Source of the DNA: an uncultured Chloroflexia bacterium
GTDB lineage: Bacteria; Chloroflexota; Anaerolineae; B4-G1; SLSP01
Direction of reading: 5' to 3'
DNA: 64,000 nt
NCBI GenBank assembly: GCA_963751345.1
Contig: CAVVUS010000030.1
Location: 160,001-224,000, forward strand
The notes under the pieces were generated by a model. It was not told the origin of the DNA. It saw only the letters and a program-made list of their open reading frames with translations, and made no database searches. Of this stretch, positions 32,055 to 43,264 are shown one piece after another; the stretch's first letter is position 1, and the number at the start of each line of letters is the position of its first letter. The translations under genes and the position numbers were made by a program.

Positions 32055-32414
32055 CTAACGTGCCGCCATCATCTGTCCGCCGCTCACGCCCTGTATCGCA
32101 CCACGGAAGATCTCAGCCTGGTAAGCGCTGCTGCAGATCCCAAGGGCGGCGCAACCGGCGAGAAAAGGCGGCAGGTTGATCGCACCGGCGAGGACGTAGT
32201 AAGCGATGAAGAGCACAACCAGCGACGGGAATCCGCGCAGGATGACCGTATAGGCCAGGGCCAGAAAACGGATGGCCTTACCGCCGTAGACGCGTGCCAA
32301 TGCCACGGGTGTGCCGATAAGAAAGCCCACGGCTAGCGCAATCAGGCTGATCATCACCGTGTAGCCGATGCCACCCATGATATAGGGCAGCGCCCGGAGG
32401 ACCGCCGACGGCAT
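32055..32414 (-). pseudogene. Amino-acid ABC permease, C-terminally truncated
   Basis: RGFP.LV, SAYQAEIFRGAI, ends GQMMAAR* at the EAA loop (119 aa versus about 220 expected). Confidence 0.75.
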
Positions 32415-32424
32415 CGATCAGACC

Positions 32425-33174
32425 CTACTCATCACCGGACAAGTACGTCATCGCCAGGTTCTCGATGAATCCCTCGGACTGCAGATCGGTGATCACACCA
32501 TCCAGCTTGTCGCGCAACTCGGTGTTCCCCTGCTTTACGGCAATGGCCATGTGCTCGCCGGAGAATTCGGTCTTCAGGGCCAGGACGATTCCGCCCTGGT
32601 CGATGAACGATTGGGCGGCGTAGTAATCCATCGCCACGATGTCGATACGACCGCTCTGCAGGTCCATGATCGCCTGTTCGGCACGTTCGTACCGGGACAC
32701 ATCGGCGCTGATATTGGCGTCGATCCATTCCTCCTGAATTGTGCCGGTCTGGACACCGACCTTGTATCCGGCCACGTCCTCATTCTTGTTGATCGTGATG
32801 TTGGATCCTTCGGCAACGATGATCGCATCCGCACCGATGAAGTAGGGTTGGGTGAAGTCGACCTGTGCTTCGCGCTCGGGGGTCGCGCTCATCGCAGCAA
32901 TGATGGCGTCGATCTTGTCGCTCTGCAGCGAGCCGATCAGTCCGTCGAAGGCGACATCCTGCCATTCGATGTCCATGTTGAGTCGTTTGCCGATCTCTTG
33001 CATCAGCTCGATGTCGAACCCTGTGTAACTGCCGTCCTCAGCGATATACTCGAAGGGTTCATAATCTGCCGATGTTCCGACCACCAATGTGGAACTCTTC
33101 GGCTGGCAGCCCGCAGCCCCAAGCGTAGCCATCACCATGAATACGCAAACGAGAGTCGTAGGCCAGCGCTTCAT
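32425..33174 (-). CDS. Polar amino-acid ABC substrate-binding lipoprotein
   Basis: Lipobox AAGC; VGTSADYEPFE, GFDIEL, FDGLI.SLQS.KID, GVQTGT. Confidence 0.92.
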   Translation of the reverse strand: MKRWPTTLVCVFMVMATLGAAGCQPKSSTLVVGTSADYEPFEYIAEDGSYTGFDIELMQEIGKRLNMDIEWQDVAFDGLIGSLQSDKIDAIIAAMSATPEREAQVDFTQPYFIGADAIIVAEGSNITINKNEDVAGYKVGVQTGTIQEEWIDANISADVSRYERAEQAIMDLQSGRIDIVAMDYYAAQSFIDQGGIVLALKTEFSGEHMAIAVKQGNTELRDKLDGVITDLQSEGFIENLAMTYLSGDE

Positions 33175-33380
33175 ATGGAAATCCTCCTTCTGTCTGAGAG
33201 TCGCGTCAGCGATTATAGGGTCGACAGACGCCAAGTCAAAAACTCTGCGAGGATCATGCGGCGCCGGTTTCCGCAGGTACCTGCGAGATCGAAGGCAGCA
33301 TGCAATGCTGGACAAAACGGAGAGATGCGGTATACTCGTGATTCGATATGTGAGACACAGCAGGTCTTGGAGGATCAAGC

Positions 33381-33647
33381 GTGGCGAATACTCAATCGGC
33401 AAAGAAGCAGGTACGCAACTCCTATCGAAAGTGGTTGCGCAATCGTTATGTCAAGGGCAAGATGCGTGGCGCCATCAAGACGGTGCGTGAAGCTATTGAG
33501 GCCGGTGATTACGACACCGCCAAGAGCTGGATGCCACGTGCTGCGAGCGAACTGGATAAGGCCGCTCGCAAGAACGTGATCCATGCCAACAAAGCGGCGC
33601 GCCTCAAGTCGCGTCTGATGAGTCAGATTCAGCAACTGCAGCAGTAA
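33381..33647 (+). CDS. rpsT: 30S ribosomal protein S20
   Basis: ANTQSAKK, DKAARKNVIHANKAARLKSRL. Confidence 0.95.
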   Translation: MANTQSAKKQVRNSYRKWLRNRYVKGKMRGAIKTVREAIEAGDYDTAKSWMPRAASELDKAARKNVIHANKAARLKSRLMSQIQQLQQ

Positions 33648-33665
33648 GCATCGACCTTATGTGAA

Positions 33666-33692
33666 ACGCGGGAGACGGTTCGTCTCCCGCGT
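33666..33692. terminator. Hairpin between rpsT and proC
   Basis: acgcgggagacg-gtt-cgtctcccgcgt. Confidence 0.75.
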
Positions 33693-33710
33693 CTGTGCTA
33701 TAGGTTCCCC

Positions 33711-34523
33711 CTACTCGTCTCGACCGAGCTGCTCCGAGCGAACAAACGCCGCCCAGATTGCTCGCGACAGCACCGTCCGAAAACCGCCCTTCTCCAAATG
33801 GTAGAGGGCCTCGGCTGTGGTGCCCCCCGGGGACGTAACTTGGTTTCGCAAGGCCGCCAGGTGCAGGCTGGACTGGCGCGCGTAGTTCGCGGACCCGATC
33901 ACCGTCTGGAAGACTAACTGCTCCGCCACGTGCCTCGAGAAACCCAGATGCACGCCGGCATCCACCATCGCCTCCATGAACAGATAGATGTAGGCGGGGC
34001 CGGTACCTGACAACGCCGTCGCCATATCGAGGTAGTGCTCGTCGTCCACGTAGACCTCATCACCCAACGCCTTGAGGATCGTCAGAGCATGCTCACGCTG
34101 CTCCGGCGTCACAGCCGGCGTGGCCGTCCACACCGTGATCCCCTGGCCGATCTGAGCCGGCGTATTGGGCATAGCCCGGATGACACTCTCAACTTGGATG
34201 CCGCCCCGGATCTTACTTAGCGGAACACCGGCAGCAATCGAAAACACCAGGACATTCTCATTCACCACGCCACACAGATCTGCCAGCGCACCGGCCATAA
34301 TCTGCGGCTTGACCGACAAGAAGACGATCTCAACATCCCGCCCTGCCTCAGCATTACTCGAGACCGTCCTTATCCCGTAGGTCTGCGTGAGGAACGCCAG
34401 CCGTTCAGCCCAGGGATCGGCCGCAATCAGGTTCTGCGGATCGATCAGATCCTGTCGGAGCAGCCCTTTGATCAGGGCTTCTCCCATGGTGCCGGCACCG
34501 ATGATTGCTATGGATGGTAACAT
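33711..34523 (-). CDS. proC: Pyrroline-5-carboxylate reductase
   Basis: IGAGTMG, SVKPQ, RAMPNTP, ALSGTGPAY, VTSPGGTT. Confidence 0.95.
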   Translation of the reverse strand: MLPSIAIIGAGTMGEALIKGLLRQDLIDPQNLIAADPWAERLAFLTQTYGIRTVSSNAEAGRDVEIVFLSVKPQIMAGALADLCGVVNENVLVFSIAAGVPLSKIRGGIQVESVIRAMPNTPAQIGQGITVWTATPAVTPEQREHALTILKALGDEVYVDDEHYLDMATALSGTGPAYIYLFMEAMVDAGVHLGFSRHVAEQLVFQTVIGSANYARQSSLHLAALRNQVTSPGGTTAEALYHLEKGGFRTVLSRAIWAAFVRSEQLGRDE

Positions 34524-34563
34524 GCCGCGTCCCCCTTGCTCCTACTTGGTGAGTGATCCCCCA

Positions 34564-36273
34564 TCACTGCTGAGGGCTCAGATCAAAGATCATCCCCAGG
34601 AACTCAGCGCGATCGCCGGCGGGCTCGGGATCTCCGATCGTCATCGGACGTGGACGGCCATACTCCTCGAGAATTGCCGTGCGGAGATCGACGCTGAGCA
34701 GACGACCCTGGTAGAAAGTCAGGCGATCCACAAACTCCTGTCGCGTGCCATCGCTCCACATCTGGTCGAAAAAGAAGTTTCCCAGACCATAGTGCACGAA
34801 GGTGCCATCGTAGAACTCCATCGTTTGTGCCTGATGGGCCTGACTTCCCTGCACCATCACAGCGCCGGCATCGGCGAGCATGCGGAAATCCTGCATCTGT
34901 TGAGGCGTAGGAGAGTAGTTGTAGTCCTCCAGGTATTGGAGCGTCACGATGGGCTGGTAGCCCTCCTCGCGAAGCGTGGCTATCGTCTGCTCCATCGCCG
35001 GAAAGTCGCAGCGTGCAGCCCCGCCGGAGACGTCGTCAGCAAACGGCCCTACGGTATTGCAGCCGATCCAGGCGATCTTGTTACCATTGTGGGTCAAGGT
35101 GATGGGCAGGCTGCCCTCCAGCTGGTTTGCGCCGCCACCGAACCACTGCCATCCGCGCTCTCGATACATCTCCAGTGTATGATCCAGCCACTGAGTCCCT
35201 TTGTCCTCGAGATGGTTACCGGTCAGCTCGATGATGTTGGCACCGATGGCCTCCAACAGCCCGATGTAGCTGTCATTCGAGCAGAAGGACATCGTTCCAC
35301 TGCCTTCAGCAATGCAGTCGGGCTTGAAAGAGACCTCGTTGCTGACGTGTACGAAGTCAGCATCCGCGAACCATGGCAGAATGTCCTTGGCCGGATAGGT
35401 GACGCCTTTTGCGTCCATGAGTACAGCTGTCTGTCGGGTCATGGCGGTAACACCCGTCATGGCCACGATCGTCATCTGCGACTCATCTCGGTTGGAGAAG
35501 GTCACACCCGACACATTGAGCATACTTCGCACTTCCGGTCGAGCCTGGGAATCCAGGAAGATCGGGATCTCAAGCGGGTACGACGCCAGATCGCTGCCCT
35601 TTTGCAGCAGCGACATCCCATCCACGCGAAGTACCTTCCATTCCGGCGCCAGTTCATCGAAGGGCAGGACGGCCCATCCGTCTTGGCCCTCGGCTGCGTC
35701 CAGAAGTTGGTCCGCGGCGACCATTTGCACGGCGTCGTTGGCCGGTGGTCCCCACAGCCCAACCAGCGCCTCAACGGTATCGGTCGTCGCCAGTAAGGCA
35801 TGCAGCGCAAAGGGACCCGCCGGACTTCCCTGCCATGTCGCTCGCAGGTCGTCCGTCGTCACGTCGTCGTCCACCGTAAGGAAGGGTGCGGCGACAGCAT
35901 AGGTCCACGCGCCCACCAGTTCGACGCCGGAGGAGGATTGATCGGTGAGCTCCAGATCGCCACCCGGTCCGGTCCAGGCAAAGTGCGCCGGATCTTCCCC
36001 AATCAGTGCCTCGAAGCGCCCGCAGGCACCGGCGGGGACGAATTGAGCGCAGCCGGCAGTGACGGGAAACGCCGGCGTCGGGGTGGGAACGGGCGTAGGG
36101 GTCGTGGTCGGGGTGGGTGTCAGGGTCGGGCTCGGCGTGCGGGTGGGGGTGGGTGTCGGTGACGGTGAAGGGAGTGCACAACCACTCAGCCCAAGAAGAC
36201 CTATGCCCACAAGCAAAGGCAGCCATAGTTTGCCTACGGCTCGTCTCAGGATTGGGGGATTCATCATAAGCAT
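34564..36273 (-). CDS. CapA/PGA_cap family lipoprotein
   Basis: Lipobox LSGC, PT linker, SNE, TGNH, GSQAH, YGLGNFFFDQ. Confidence 0.85.
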   Translation of the reverse strand: MLMMNPPILRRAVGKLWLPLLVGIGLLGLSGCALPSPSPTPTPTRTPSPTLTPTPTTTPTPVPTPTPAFPVTAGCAQFVPAGACGRFEALIGEDPAHFAWTGPGGDLELTDQSSSGVELVGAWTYAVAAPFLTVDDDVTTDDLRATWQGSPAGPFALHALLATTDTVEALVGLWGPPANDAVQMVAADQLLDAAEGQDGWAVLPFDELAPEWKVLRVDGMSLLQKGSDLASYPLEIPIFLDSQARPEVRSMLNVSGVTFSNRDESQMTIVAMTGVTAMTRQTAVLMDAKGVTYPAKDILPWFADADFVHVSNEVSFKPDCIAEGSGTMSFCSNDSYIGLLEAIGANIIELTGNHLEDKGTQWLDHTLEMYRERGWQWFGGGANQLEGSLPITLTHNGNKIAWIGCNTVGPFADDVSGGAARCDFPAMEQTIATLREEGYQPIVTLQYLEDYNYSPTPQQMQDFRMLADAGAVMVQGSQAHQAQTMEFYDGTFVHYGLGNFFFDQMWSDGTRQEFVDRLTFYQGRLLSVDLRTAILEEYGRPRPMTIGDPEPAGDRAEFLGMIFDLSPQQ

Positions 36274-36324
36274 ATCCTTTCCTCCGGGCGATTGTCCGTG
36301 GATGCAATGGTTTGTCAAGCCAAA

Positions 36325-36354
36325 GAAAAAAGGCCGGGAATTCCCGGCCTTCTC
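36325..36354 (-). terminator. Terminator after tRNA-Val
   Basis: aaggccgggaattcccggcctt followed by a T-run on the minus strand. Confidence 0.75.
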
Positions 36355-36358
36355 TTGA

Positions 36359-36432
36359 TGGGCGATACAGGACTTGAACCTGTGACCTCCACGATGTCAA
36401 CGTGGCGCTCTAGCCGACTGAGCTAACCGCCC
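36359..36432 (-). tRNA. tRNA-Val(GAC)
   Basis: Cloverleaf; anticodon arm ccacg-ttGACat-cgtgg; GTTCAA T-loop. Confidence 0.95.
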
Positions 36433-36474
36433 AAACACGGCAGAGTATAGCATAGTTCAGCTTTTGCGCAAGGT

Positions 36475-37602
36475 TCACAAATCCATTCGGTAGACGCGGT
36501 GGTTCTTGTACATCTTGCCGCCGACGTTCTCCAGATCGTGACGCATCTGCACGGCTGTCTCTGCAACCTGCGTCAGATCGGCGTGCTCGAACTGCTGCTC
36601 GCGAATCGTGTTCTCCATCTCGGCGTACAGGAGCGCGTTGCCACCGACGCCGTGAAACTCCGGCACGAGCCCGGCACCGTTCAGTGCCAGCCACTTGGTA
36701 CGCCGTCGCTCCAGCAGCAGGTCGGCCAACGCCCAGGGCGTCAGTCGCCCCTTGGCGCGTTGCAGCGCCGCTGAGACGTCCGGGAAACCAAAGAGAAATC
36801 CGACCATCTCGTCGCCGTGGACGATGATCTTGATGAGGCGCGGATCGGAGAGGGCGATGGCATTATCGTAAATGAATCGTGTCTCGCGCTCGGACATCGG
36901 GTTGAACTCCCAATTGCCGACGAAGGCGCGATTGTAGGCCTCCCGAATCCGCCCGAGCCACGCTTTGATCTCGCTTGCGCGGCTGAACCGCTGGATCTCC
37001 AGCGAGCCGCGCTCCATCACCCGTCGCGCAATGCGATGCACGCGTTCTGGCAATTCGAACGTATCCACCCCGATGTAGCACGAGACGAAATCCACCTCTT
37101 TCGTGAAGCCTATCGCGTCCAACATCTCAGGATAATACGGGTAGTTGTAATTCATCATCGTCATCATCTGGCGATGCTCGAACCCATCGACAAGGAGGCC
37201 GTAGCCATCCAGGACGCCGAAGCCTTTGGGACCCACGAGCTCGGTCAATCCACGGGACCGTGCCCACGCCACGACGCGGTCGACGAGGGCCGCCGCCGTA
37301 GCCTGATCGTGGACGCACTCGAAGAGGTAGAAATTAGCCCTATGGGCATCGTGAAACTGGTTGTAGGATCGGTTCTCCAACGCCGCGATCCGTCCTACGA
37401 CCTCTCCATCCTGCTCGGCAATAAAGAAGTCGGCATCCGAGTGCTCGTAGAAGGGGTGTTTTCCCTTGTTCAGCATCATCCGGATATCACCGCGGATAGG
37501 AGGGACCCATTGGGAATGCCCGGCATAAAGACGATAGGGAAGCTCTACAAAACGTCGAACCTGTCGTCGATCGGTGGTGTCGACCTGTTGGATAGTCATC
37601 AT
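36475..37602 (-). CDS. GNAT-fold protein (YghO-like)
   Basis: FVELPYRLY..WVPP, HPFY, VGRIAA, YNYPYY, G.G. Confidence 0.75.
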   Translation of the reverse strand: MMTIQQVDTTDRRQVRRFVELPYRLYAGHSQWVPPIRGDIRMMLNKGKHPFYEHSDADFFIAEQDGEVVGRIAALENRSYNQFHDAHRANFYLFECVHDQATAAALVDRVVAWARSRGLTELVGPKGFGVLDGYGLLVDGFEHRQMMTMMNYNYPYYPEMLDAIGFTKEVDFVSCYIGVDTFELPERVHRIARRVMERGSLEIQRFSRASEIKAWLGRIREAYNRAFVGNWEFNPMSERETRFIYDNAIALSDPRLIKIIVHGDEMVGFLFGFPDVSAALQRAKGRLTPWALADLLLERRRTKWLALNGAGLVPEFHGVGGNALLYAEMENTIREQQFEHADLTQVAETAVQMRHDLENVGGKMYKNHRVYRMDL

Positions 37603-37609
37603 CGCGGGC

Positions 37610-40600
37610 CTACCACTGCCCCTGCTGCTGGACCACACGCAGGTTTTCGGCGCCGACAACCGAGACAATCTGCTGTCTCAGATCGTAGGTACAATGTGTA
37701 AACTCGTTGGGAAAGTCCAATTCGATCTTCCGCTCTCCTTCCAGCACGACGACAAACTGATCTGAGCCTCGTTCCGTCCTGAGCATAGCGTGCAGCCGGG
37801 TAAGTTTCTCGAAGTCACGGGTATTGTCTCCGGTGCGCTTGAGCGTGATATAGAGCGTCGCGGGCGGGTCAGGCGGTTCGGGCGGCAGTGCCGCCGTACT
37901 ATGATCGCTCCCACTACCATTACCCTTATTGGGCGCCTCCGCCGGGGTGGGTGGAGGGGCCGGCGCTTCCTCGATTTCCGACGAAGGCGGCGTGGCTTTC
38001 GTCTTCGACAATCGTCGGGGGAGGGCTTGGACGCGAGTGACGCGGTGGGCTACCACCACCTCCGTTGCCGTTGCCACCACCAGAACGATGATGCGGCTCG
38101 GTGTCATAACCCGAAGGCGAGTCCTCGCTCACCCTGCCCATCGAATCGGGGGGCTCGGGGCCGGCGTATGGCCCATCCACAGGTAGTAGAAAATCATGGG
38201 GCTCTTTGAGCCAGTCCGCCAATACGGGATGTTCATCCCGATCGGGGCGATTGTCCAGTTTTCCGCATACGACCAGCACGCGGTTGGGGATGAGCAAGGG
38301 GTTGTAGCTCTCATATGTCCTTGGGAAAACGACCACGTCCGTGGCCCCGCCGGGTCCCTCCATGGTCACGAAGGCCATCATAGCGCCCTTCTTGGTCGTG
38401 ATCCGGCGGACCCGCTGGACCATACCGACCAGCTTGAGGACCTGTCCCGGCATCTCCGTCGTATGCTGCCCGATCGTCGTCGACGTAATCCCGCGGGCCA
38501 GCAGATCCCGCTCCATATCGGCCAGCGGATGCTTTGACAGATACGTGCCCAGCAGTTCCTTTTCCCACTCCAGCAATTGCCGATCGGGAATCGGCGGGAT
38601 GTAGCTGGGCATCTGGATGGTCTGCCGCATGTCGACCATGTTGTCAAAGAGCGTGAACTGGCCAACGTCGCGGGCACTGTGAACCTGTGAGCTCATGCCC
38701 AACAGCGTGTCGATCAACGTCATGAGCCCGGCGCGCTCGCCAAAATCGTCGAGTGCACCGGCCTGAATCAGGCACTCCAGCGTCTTGCGGTTGAGCTTGC
38801 GCAGATCGACCCGATCCGCGAAGTCATCCAGCGATTTGAAGGGCCCGCGCTCCCGGCGTGCCTCGACCACCATCTGCATCGCATCGTCGCCTACGTTCTT
38901 GATCGCGCCCAGACCGATGCGGATAAAGCGTTCACCCTCCTCATCGCGCTCGATGGTGAACTCGACGTCGGAGGTGTTGAGGCTGGGCCGCTCGACCGGC
39001 AGTTCATTACGCCGGGCATCGGCGATCAGAAAGCCGAGCTTCTCAGTGTTGTGGCGCTCTGTCGTCATCAGGGCGGTCATAAACTCGAGAGGATAGTGTG
39101 CCTTGAGATAGGCCGTCTGCGCCGTGATGACGGCGTAGTCCGTAGCGTGTGCCCGGTTGAACCCATAGCGCGCGAAGAACTCAATGTCGGCCCAGACGCG
39201 GTCGGCGGCCTCGGCATCAATGCCCCTCGCGCCGGCACCCTTGCGGAACATGCGTTGGTGCTTATCCATCAACGACTGCTTCTTCTTGGCGACCGCCTTG
39301 CGGATCATGTCCGCTTCACCGGGCTCGTACCCCGCCATCGCGACCGCGATCTGCATGATCTGCTCCTGGTAGACGATGATGCCGTAGGTGTCGTCCAGGA
39401 TATCGGCGAGGATTGGGTGATGGTACTCGACCTCCTCCTCACCGTGCATGCGTCGGATGTAGGTGGGGATGTTCTCCATCGGACCGGGGCGATAAAGGGC
39501 CAGAACTGCAATGATGTGCTGGAACTGCTCGGGCCGCATCTCCCGCAGCGTCCGCCGCATGCCGGCGCCTTCTACCTGGAAGATGCCCGTCGTCTCCCCC
39601 GTAGCCAGCAGATCATAGAGCGCCCGAACGTCGGCATCCTTCTCGGGGTCGTCGGGATCCCGCTCATAGGGAATCGTGGCGAGATCGAGCTTCCGCCCCC
39701 ATTCCTTCTCAATCAGCTCGCACGCCTTGCGCATATGGGTCAGCGTGCGCAGCCCCAGGAAGTCGACCTTGAGCATCCCCATGGCGTCGACGATCTCCAT
39801 AGGCCACTGAGAGACACGGTCGACGGGACTGTCCTCGGCCTCGCCCTTGGTGGGACGGTTCAGTGGGAGATAGGTGACGAGCGGTTCATCGGAGACCAGC
39901 ACACCTGCGGCGTGCGTGCTGGCGTGACGCGTCACACCTTCCAGCTCGGTCGCCATTTCCAGGAGGTTCTTGATGTAGGGCGCCCCGCTGTACTCGGCTT
40001 TCAACTCGGGAACGCTCTCCAGCGCCTCGCGGATGGAGACCGGCTTGCCCGGCACGTTAGGTATCATGCGGGCGACCCTGTCCACATCGTTCAGCGGGAT
40101 ATCGAGCGCACGCCCGACGTCGCGAATCGCAGCCCGCGCGCCCAGCGTTCCAAAGGTAATGATGGCGGAGACATGGTCGGCGCCGTAACGCTCCTTGGTG
40201 TAAGCAATCAGCTCCGCGCGCCGGTCGTCTGGGTAATCCAGATCGATATCCGGCATCGAGACGCGATCGGGATTCAGAAAGCGCTCGAACATCAGCCGGT
40301 TCCTAAAAGGGTCGACGCTGGTAATGCCCAGCGTAAAGGCCACGACGCTGCCGGCCCCCGACCCTCGCACATTCCACCAGATATCGCGTGCCTTGGCGGC
40401 CTCACAGAGATCCCAGACAATCAGGAAGTAGTCGTCAAAGCCCATCTGATGGATAATGCCCAACTCGTATTCCAGCCGCTCGACATACGCCGGCTTGTCG
40501 TGATCGCTGCCATAGCGCCATTTCATGCCGTCGTAACAGAGCTGGCGGAGATAGCCCTCGGAGGTGCCCCTGCCCGCGGGCACGGGGAACTTGGGCAGAT

Positions 40601-41441
40601 GGTAGGGCGGGGCGAACTTGATCTCCACCTCGCACTGCTCGGCGATCTTCACGGTGTTGAGCAGCGCCTGGGGAAGGTCCCCGTAGAGCGACCACATCTC
40701 ATCCGGCGAGCGCATATAATACGAATCGTCCGTCATCCGCAGGCGATTGGGCTCGTTGACCGTCTTGCCGGTGCCGATACAGAGCAGCACGTCGTGCGCC
40801 TCCGCCTGCTGGCGCCTGGCGTAGTGGATATCGTTGGTAGCGACGAGCGGGACCTGCATGTCGAGACCCAGCGCGACCAACTTGCGGTAGGTTTCGTCGT
40901 ACTCGGGGATATCGTGCGTCTGGAGCTCGAGATAGAACCGGCCCGGGAAGCGTTCCTGGTACCAGCGGACCGCCTCACGCGCCTGGTCTTCCTGCCCCTG
41001 ATAGAGAAGCTGGGGCACCTCGCCCTGGACACACGCCGAGAGGGCGATCACACCCTCGCTACGCGCCTCCAACACTTCCTTATCGATGCGGGGTTTGTAA
41101 TAGAAGCCTTCGAGTTGAGCGATGCTGGCCAACTCGAGGAGGTTGCGATAGCCGGTCTGGTTCTGGGCCAACAGGATCAGGTGGTTGTACTTGCCGTCTT
41201 GACGATCCCGGCTGAAGCGCGACTGTGGAGCGACGTAGGCTTCGATCCCGATGATGGGCTTGATATCGGCAGCGCGGCATGCCTGGTAGAACTCTACGGC
41301 GCCGTACATCACCCCGTGATCGGTGAGCGCCAGCGACTTCATCCCCAGCTCGGAGGCGTGCTTCGCGAGGGCCGAGCACTTGCTCAGACCATCCAGCAGG
41401 GAATATTCAGAGTGCGTGTGTAGGTGGACGAAATCCCCCAT
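37610..41441 (-). CDS. dnaE: DNA polymerase III alpha subunit; frameshift near 38000 in the low-complexity linker
   Basis: HLHTHSEYSLLDG, TDHG, RGSGAGS, PDIDLD, KVDFLGL, YGFNRAH; C-terminal domain in ORF 37610..38107. Confidence 0.95.
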
Positions 41442-41707
41442 CTGAGCCCCTCCAACCGAAAGACCACATCAAAGACACCAACACGCACCCGGCAGCCGGA
41501 CTGCCCGCCGTAGTGTGCTCCCACCCATCCGATCATGCCCGATCAGCTATGCTCGATTATACGGCAATCAGGACATCTGTTCAAGGTGATTTCCGGACGC
41601 TCGCGCGGATCTGCGGGCCCCGCAACTTTCGAAATCAGCCCTTCGTACCTATAATGAGGTGAGCAACCGGCATCCTTTATTCATCCTATTAGCAGGTCAA
41701 GGAGGAC

Positions 41708-42274
41708 ATGATGTTCGAACGCATCATCGGCGTCTTCAAGTTGGATCGGCAGGTCTTTGCAGACGTAGAGCACGACGAATCTGCAACCACGCAAGCGGCA
41801 ATCGTCGTGGCCATCGTCGCGGCGCTCTCCGTCGTCGGATCGTTGCTCCAGATGCTCTACACGCTCGTCCGTGGGGGTGAGATGCGGCTGGGCGCCACGC
41901 TGGTGACCGTGATCGTGACCTTCGTGATGGCCTTCGTCAACTGGGCAATCTGGTCGGGCGTGACCTATCTCGTCGGCACCAACCTCTTCAAGGGAGAGGC
42001 CACCTTCGGCGAGATGCTGCGCGTCATCGGCTTCGCTTACGCGCCTCGGATGCTGAGTGTCATCCCCTGCATCGGCGGGGTGATCGGTGCCATCTGGTCC
42101 CTTATCGCCAGCTACGTCGCGATCAAGGAAGGGCTCGACCTGGACGACACGGGGACGATCGTCACCATCCTTGTCGGCTGGTTGGTCACGGTCGTCATCG
42201 GCTTCATCCTGGGGCTGCTGGGTGTCGGTGGTGCCGTGGGCTTCGGGATCCTGGGCGGTCTGCTGGGCCGCTGA
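41708..42274 (+). CDS. Yip1 family membrane protein
   Basis: VEHDESAT.QA, LRVIGFAYAP, 5 TMs; hairpin terminator near 42297-42326. Confidence 0.8.
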   Translation: MMFERIIGVFKLDRQVFADVEHDESATTQAAIVVAIVAALSVVGSLLQMLYTLVRGGEMRLGATLVTVIVTFVMAFVNWAIWSGVTYLVGTNLFKGEATFGEMLRVIGFAYAPRMLSVIPCIGGVIGAIWSLIASYVAIKEGLDLDDTGTIVTILVGWLVTVVIGFILGLLGVGGAVGFGILGGLLGR

Positions 42275-42359
42275 TAATCACCAGGGCTTCTCAGAAAGAA
42301 CCGGCACGCCAGGCGTGCCGGTTCTTGTATGTCGGGACCGCGTAATTTATAAGAAAATC

Positions 42360-42387
42360 TTGACAAAAATGCGGAGTGTCCTATACT
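42360..42387 (+). promoter_or_regulatory. sigma70 promoter of suf operon
   Basis: TTGACA, 16 nt, TATACT. Confidence 0.65.
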
Positions 42388-42458
42388 CATGGCGGTCCTG
42401 TTGACCCAGAATTCATACGTAATCCCAACATGATCTAACCGGTTAAGGAGACACACGG

Positions 42459-43256
42459 ATGGCGTTAGAGATTCGCGACCTGCACGTCACGGTCGAAGAC
42501 AAGGAGATCCTCAAAGGCGTCAGCCTGGTGGTGGAGCGTGGATCGACTCACGCCCTGATGGGACCCAATGGCTCGGGCAAGAGCACCCTTTCCTACACGC
42601 TGATGGGACATCCCAACTACCGGATCACCCAGGGAGACATCCTGCTGGACGGCACCAGCTTGCTCTCGATGGCACCCGACGAGCGGGCGCGTCTCGGGCT
42701 CTTCCTGGCGATGCAGTATCCGGTATCGGTCTCCGGGGTCACGCTCTACACCTTCTTGCACGCGGCGACAAGTGCCGTGCGGGGATACGGCGACCGGAAA
42801 GGGCAGGCCGTGCGCGGTAGACTCAACGCGCATCTCATGCCGATGCGTGAGTTCAGGCAGGAGCTCAACGAAAAGCTCGATGCTCTCCAGATGGACCCGG
42901 CATTTCTACGGCGCTATCTCAATGAGGGATTCTCGGGTGGCGAGAAGAAACGAGCCGAGATCCTGCAGATGGCCCTGCTCCAGCCCAAGTATGCTATCCT
43001 GGATGAAACCGACTCCGGACTCGACATCGACGCGCTGCGCATCGTCTCCGAGGGTGTCAACACGCTGAAGGGCCAACACGATATGGGGTTGCTGGTCATC
43101 ACGCACTACCAGCGGATCCTCAACTACATCCATCCCGATGTCGTGCACATCTTCGTCGACGGGCACATCGTCAAGACCGGCGATGCCAAGCTCGTGGATA
43201 TCCTGGAGGAGCAGGGGTATGAGTGGGTGAGGCAGGGCATGGCAGCGGGGAAGTAG
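42459..43256 (+). CDS. sufC: Fe-S assembly ATPase SufC
   Basis: GPNGSGKST, NEGFSGGEKKR.E, LDETDSGLDID, ITHY. Confidence 0.96.
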   Translation: MALEIRDLHVTVEDKEILKGVSLVVERGSTHALMGPNGSGKSTLSYTLMGHPNYRITQGDILLDGTSLLSMAPDERARLGLFLAMQYPVSVSGVTLYTFLHAATSAVRGYGDRKGQAVRGRLNAHLMPMREFRQELNEKLDALQMDPAFLRRYLNEGFSGGEKKRAEILQMALLQPKYAILDETDSGLDIDALRIVSEGVNTLKGQHDMGLLVITHYQRILNYIHPDVVHIFVDGHIVKTGDAKLVDILEEQGYEWVRQGMAAGK

Positions 43257-43264
43257 GGAGAGCT

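Noticed and set aside
36070-36175. Repetitive GT-rich tract as a CRISPR or tandem array
   Set aside because: It encodes a Pro-Thr linker; there are no spacers and no cas genes
37610-38130. Programmed frameshift or split dnaE
   Set aside because: No slippery site or intein motif was seen, and indels are common across the window
39051-41423. Long antisense ORFs (790 aa here; also 43286..44728 and 34387..35796)
   Set aside because: Shadow ORFs opposite conserved genes in GC-rich DNA, with no motifs
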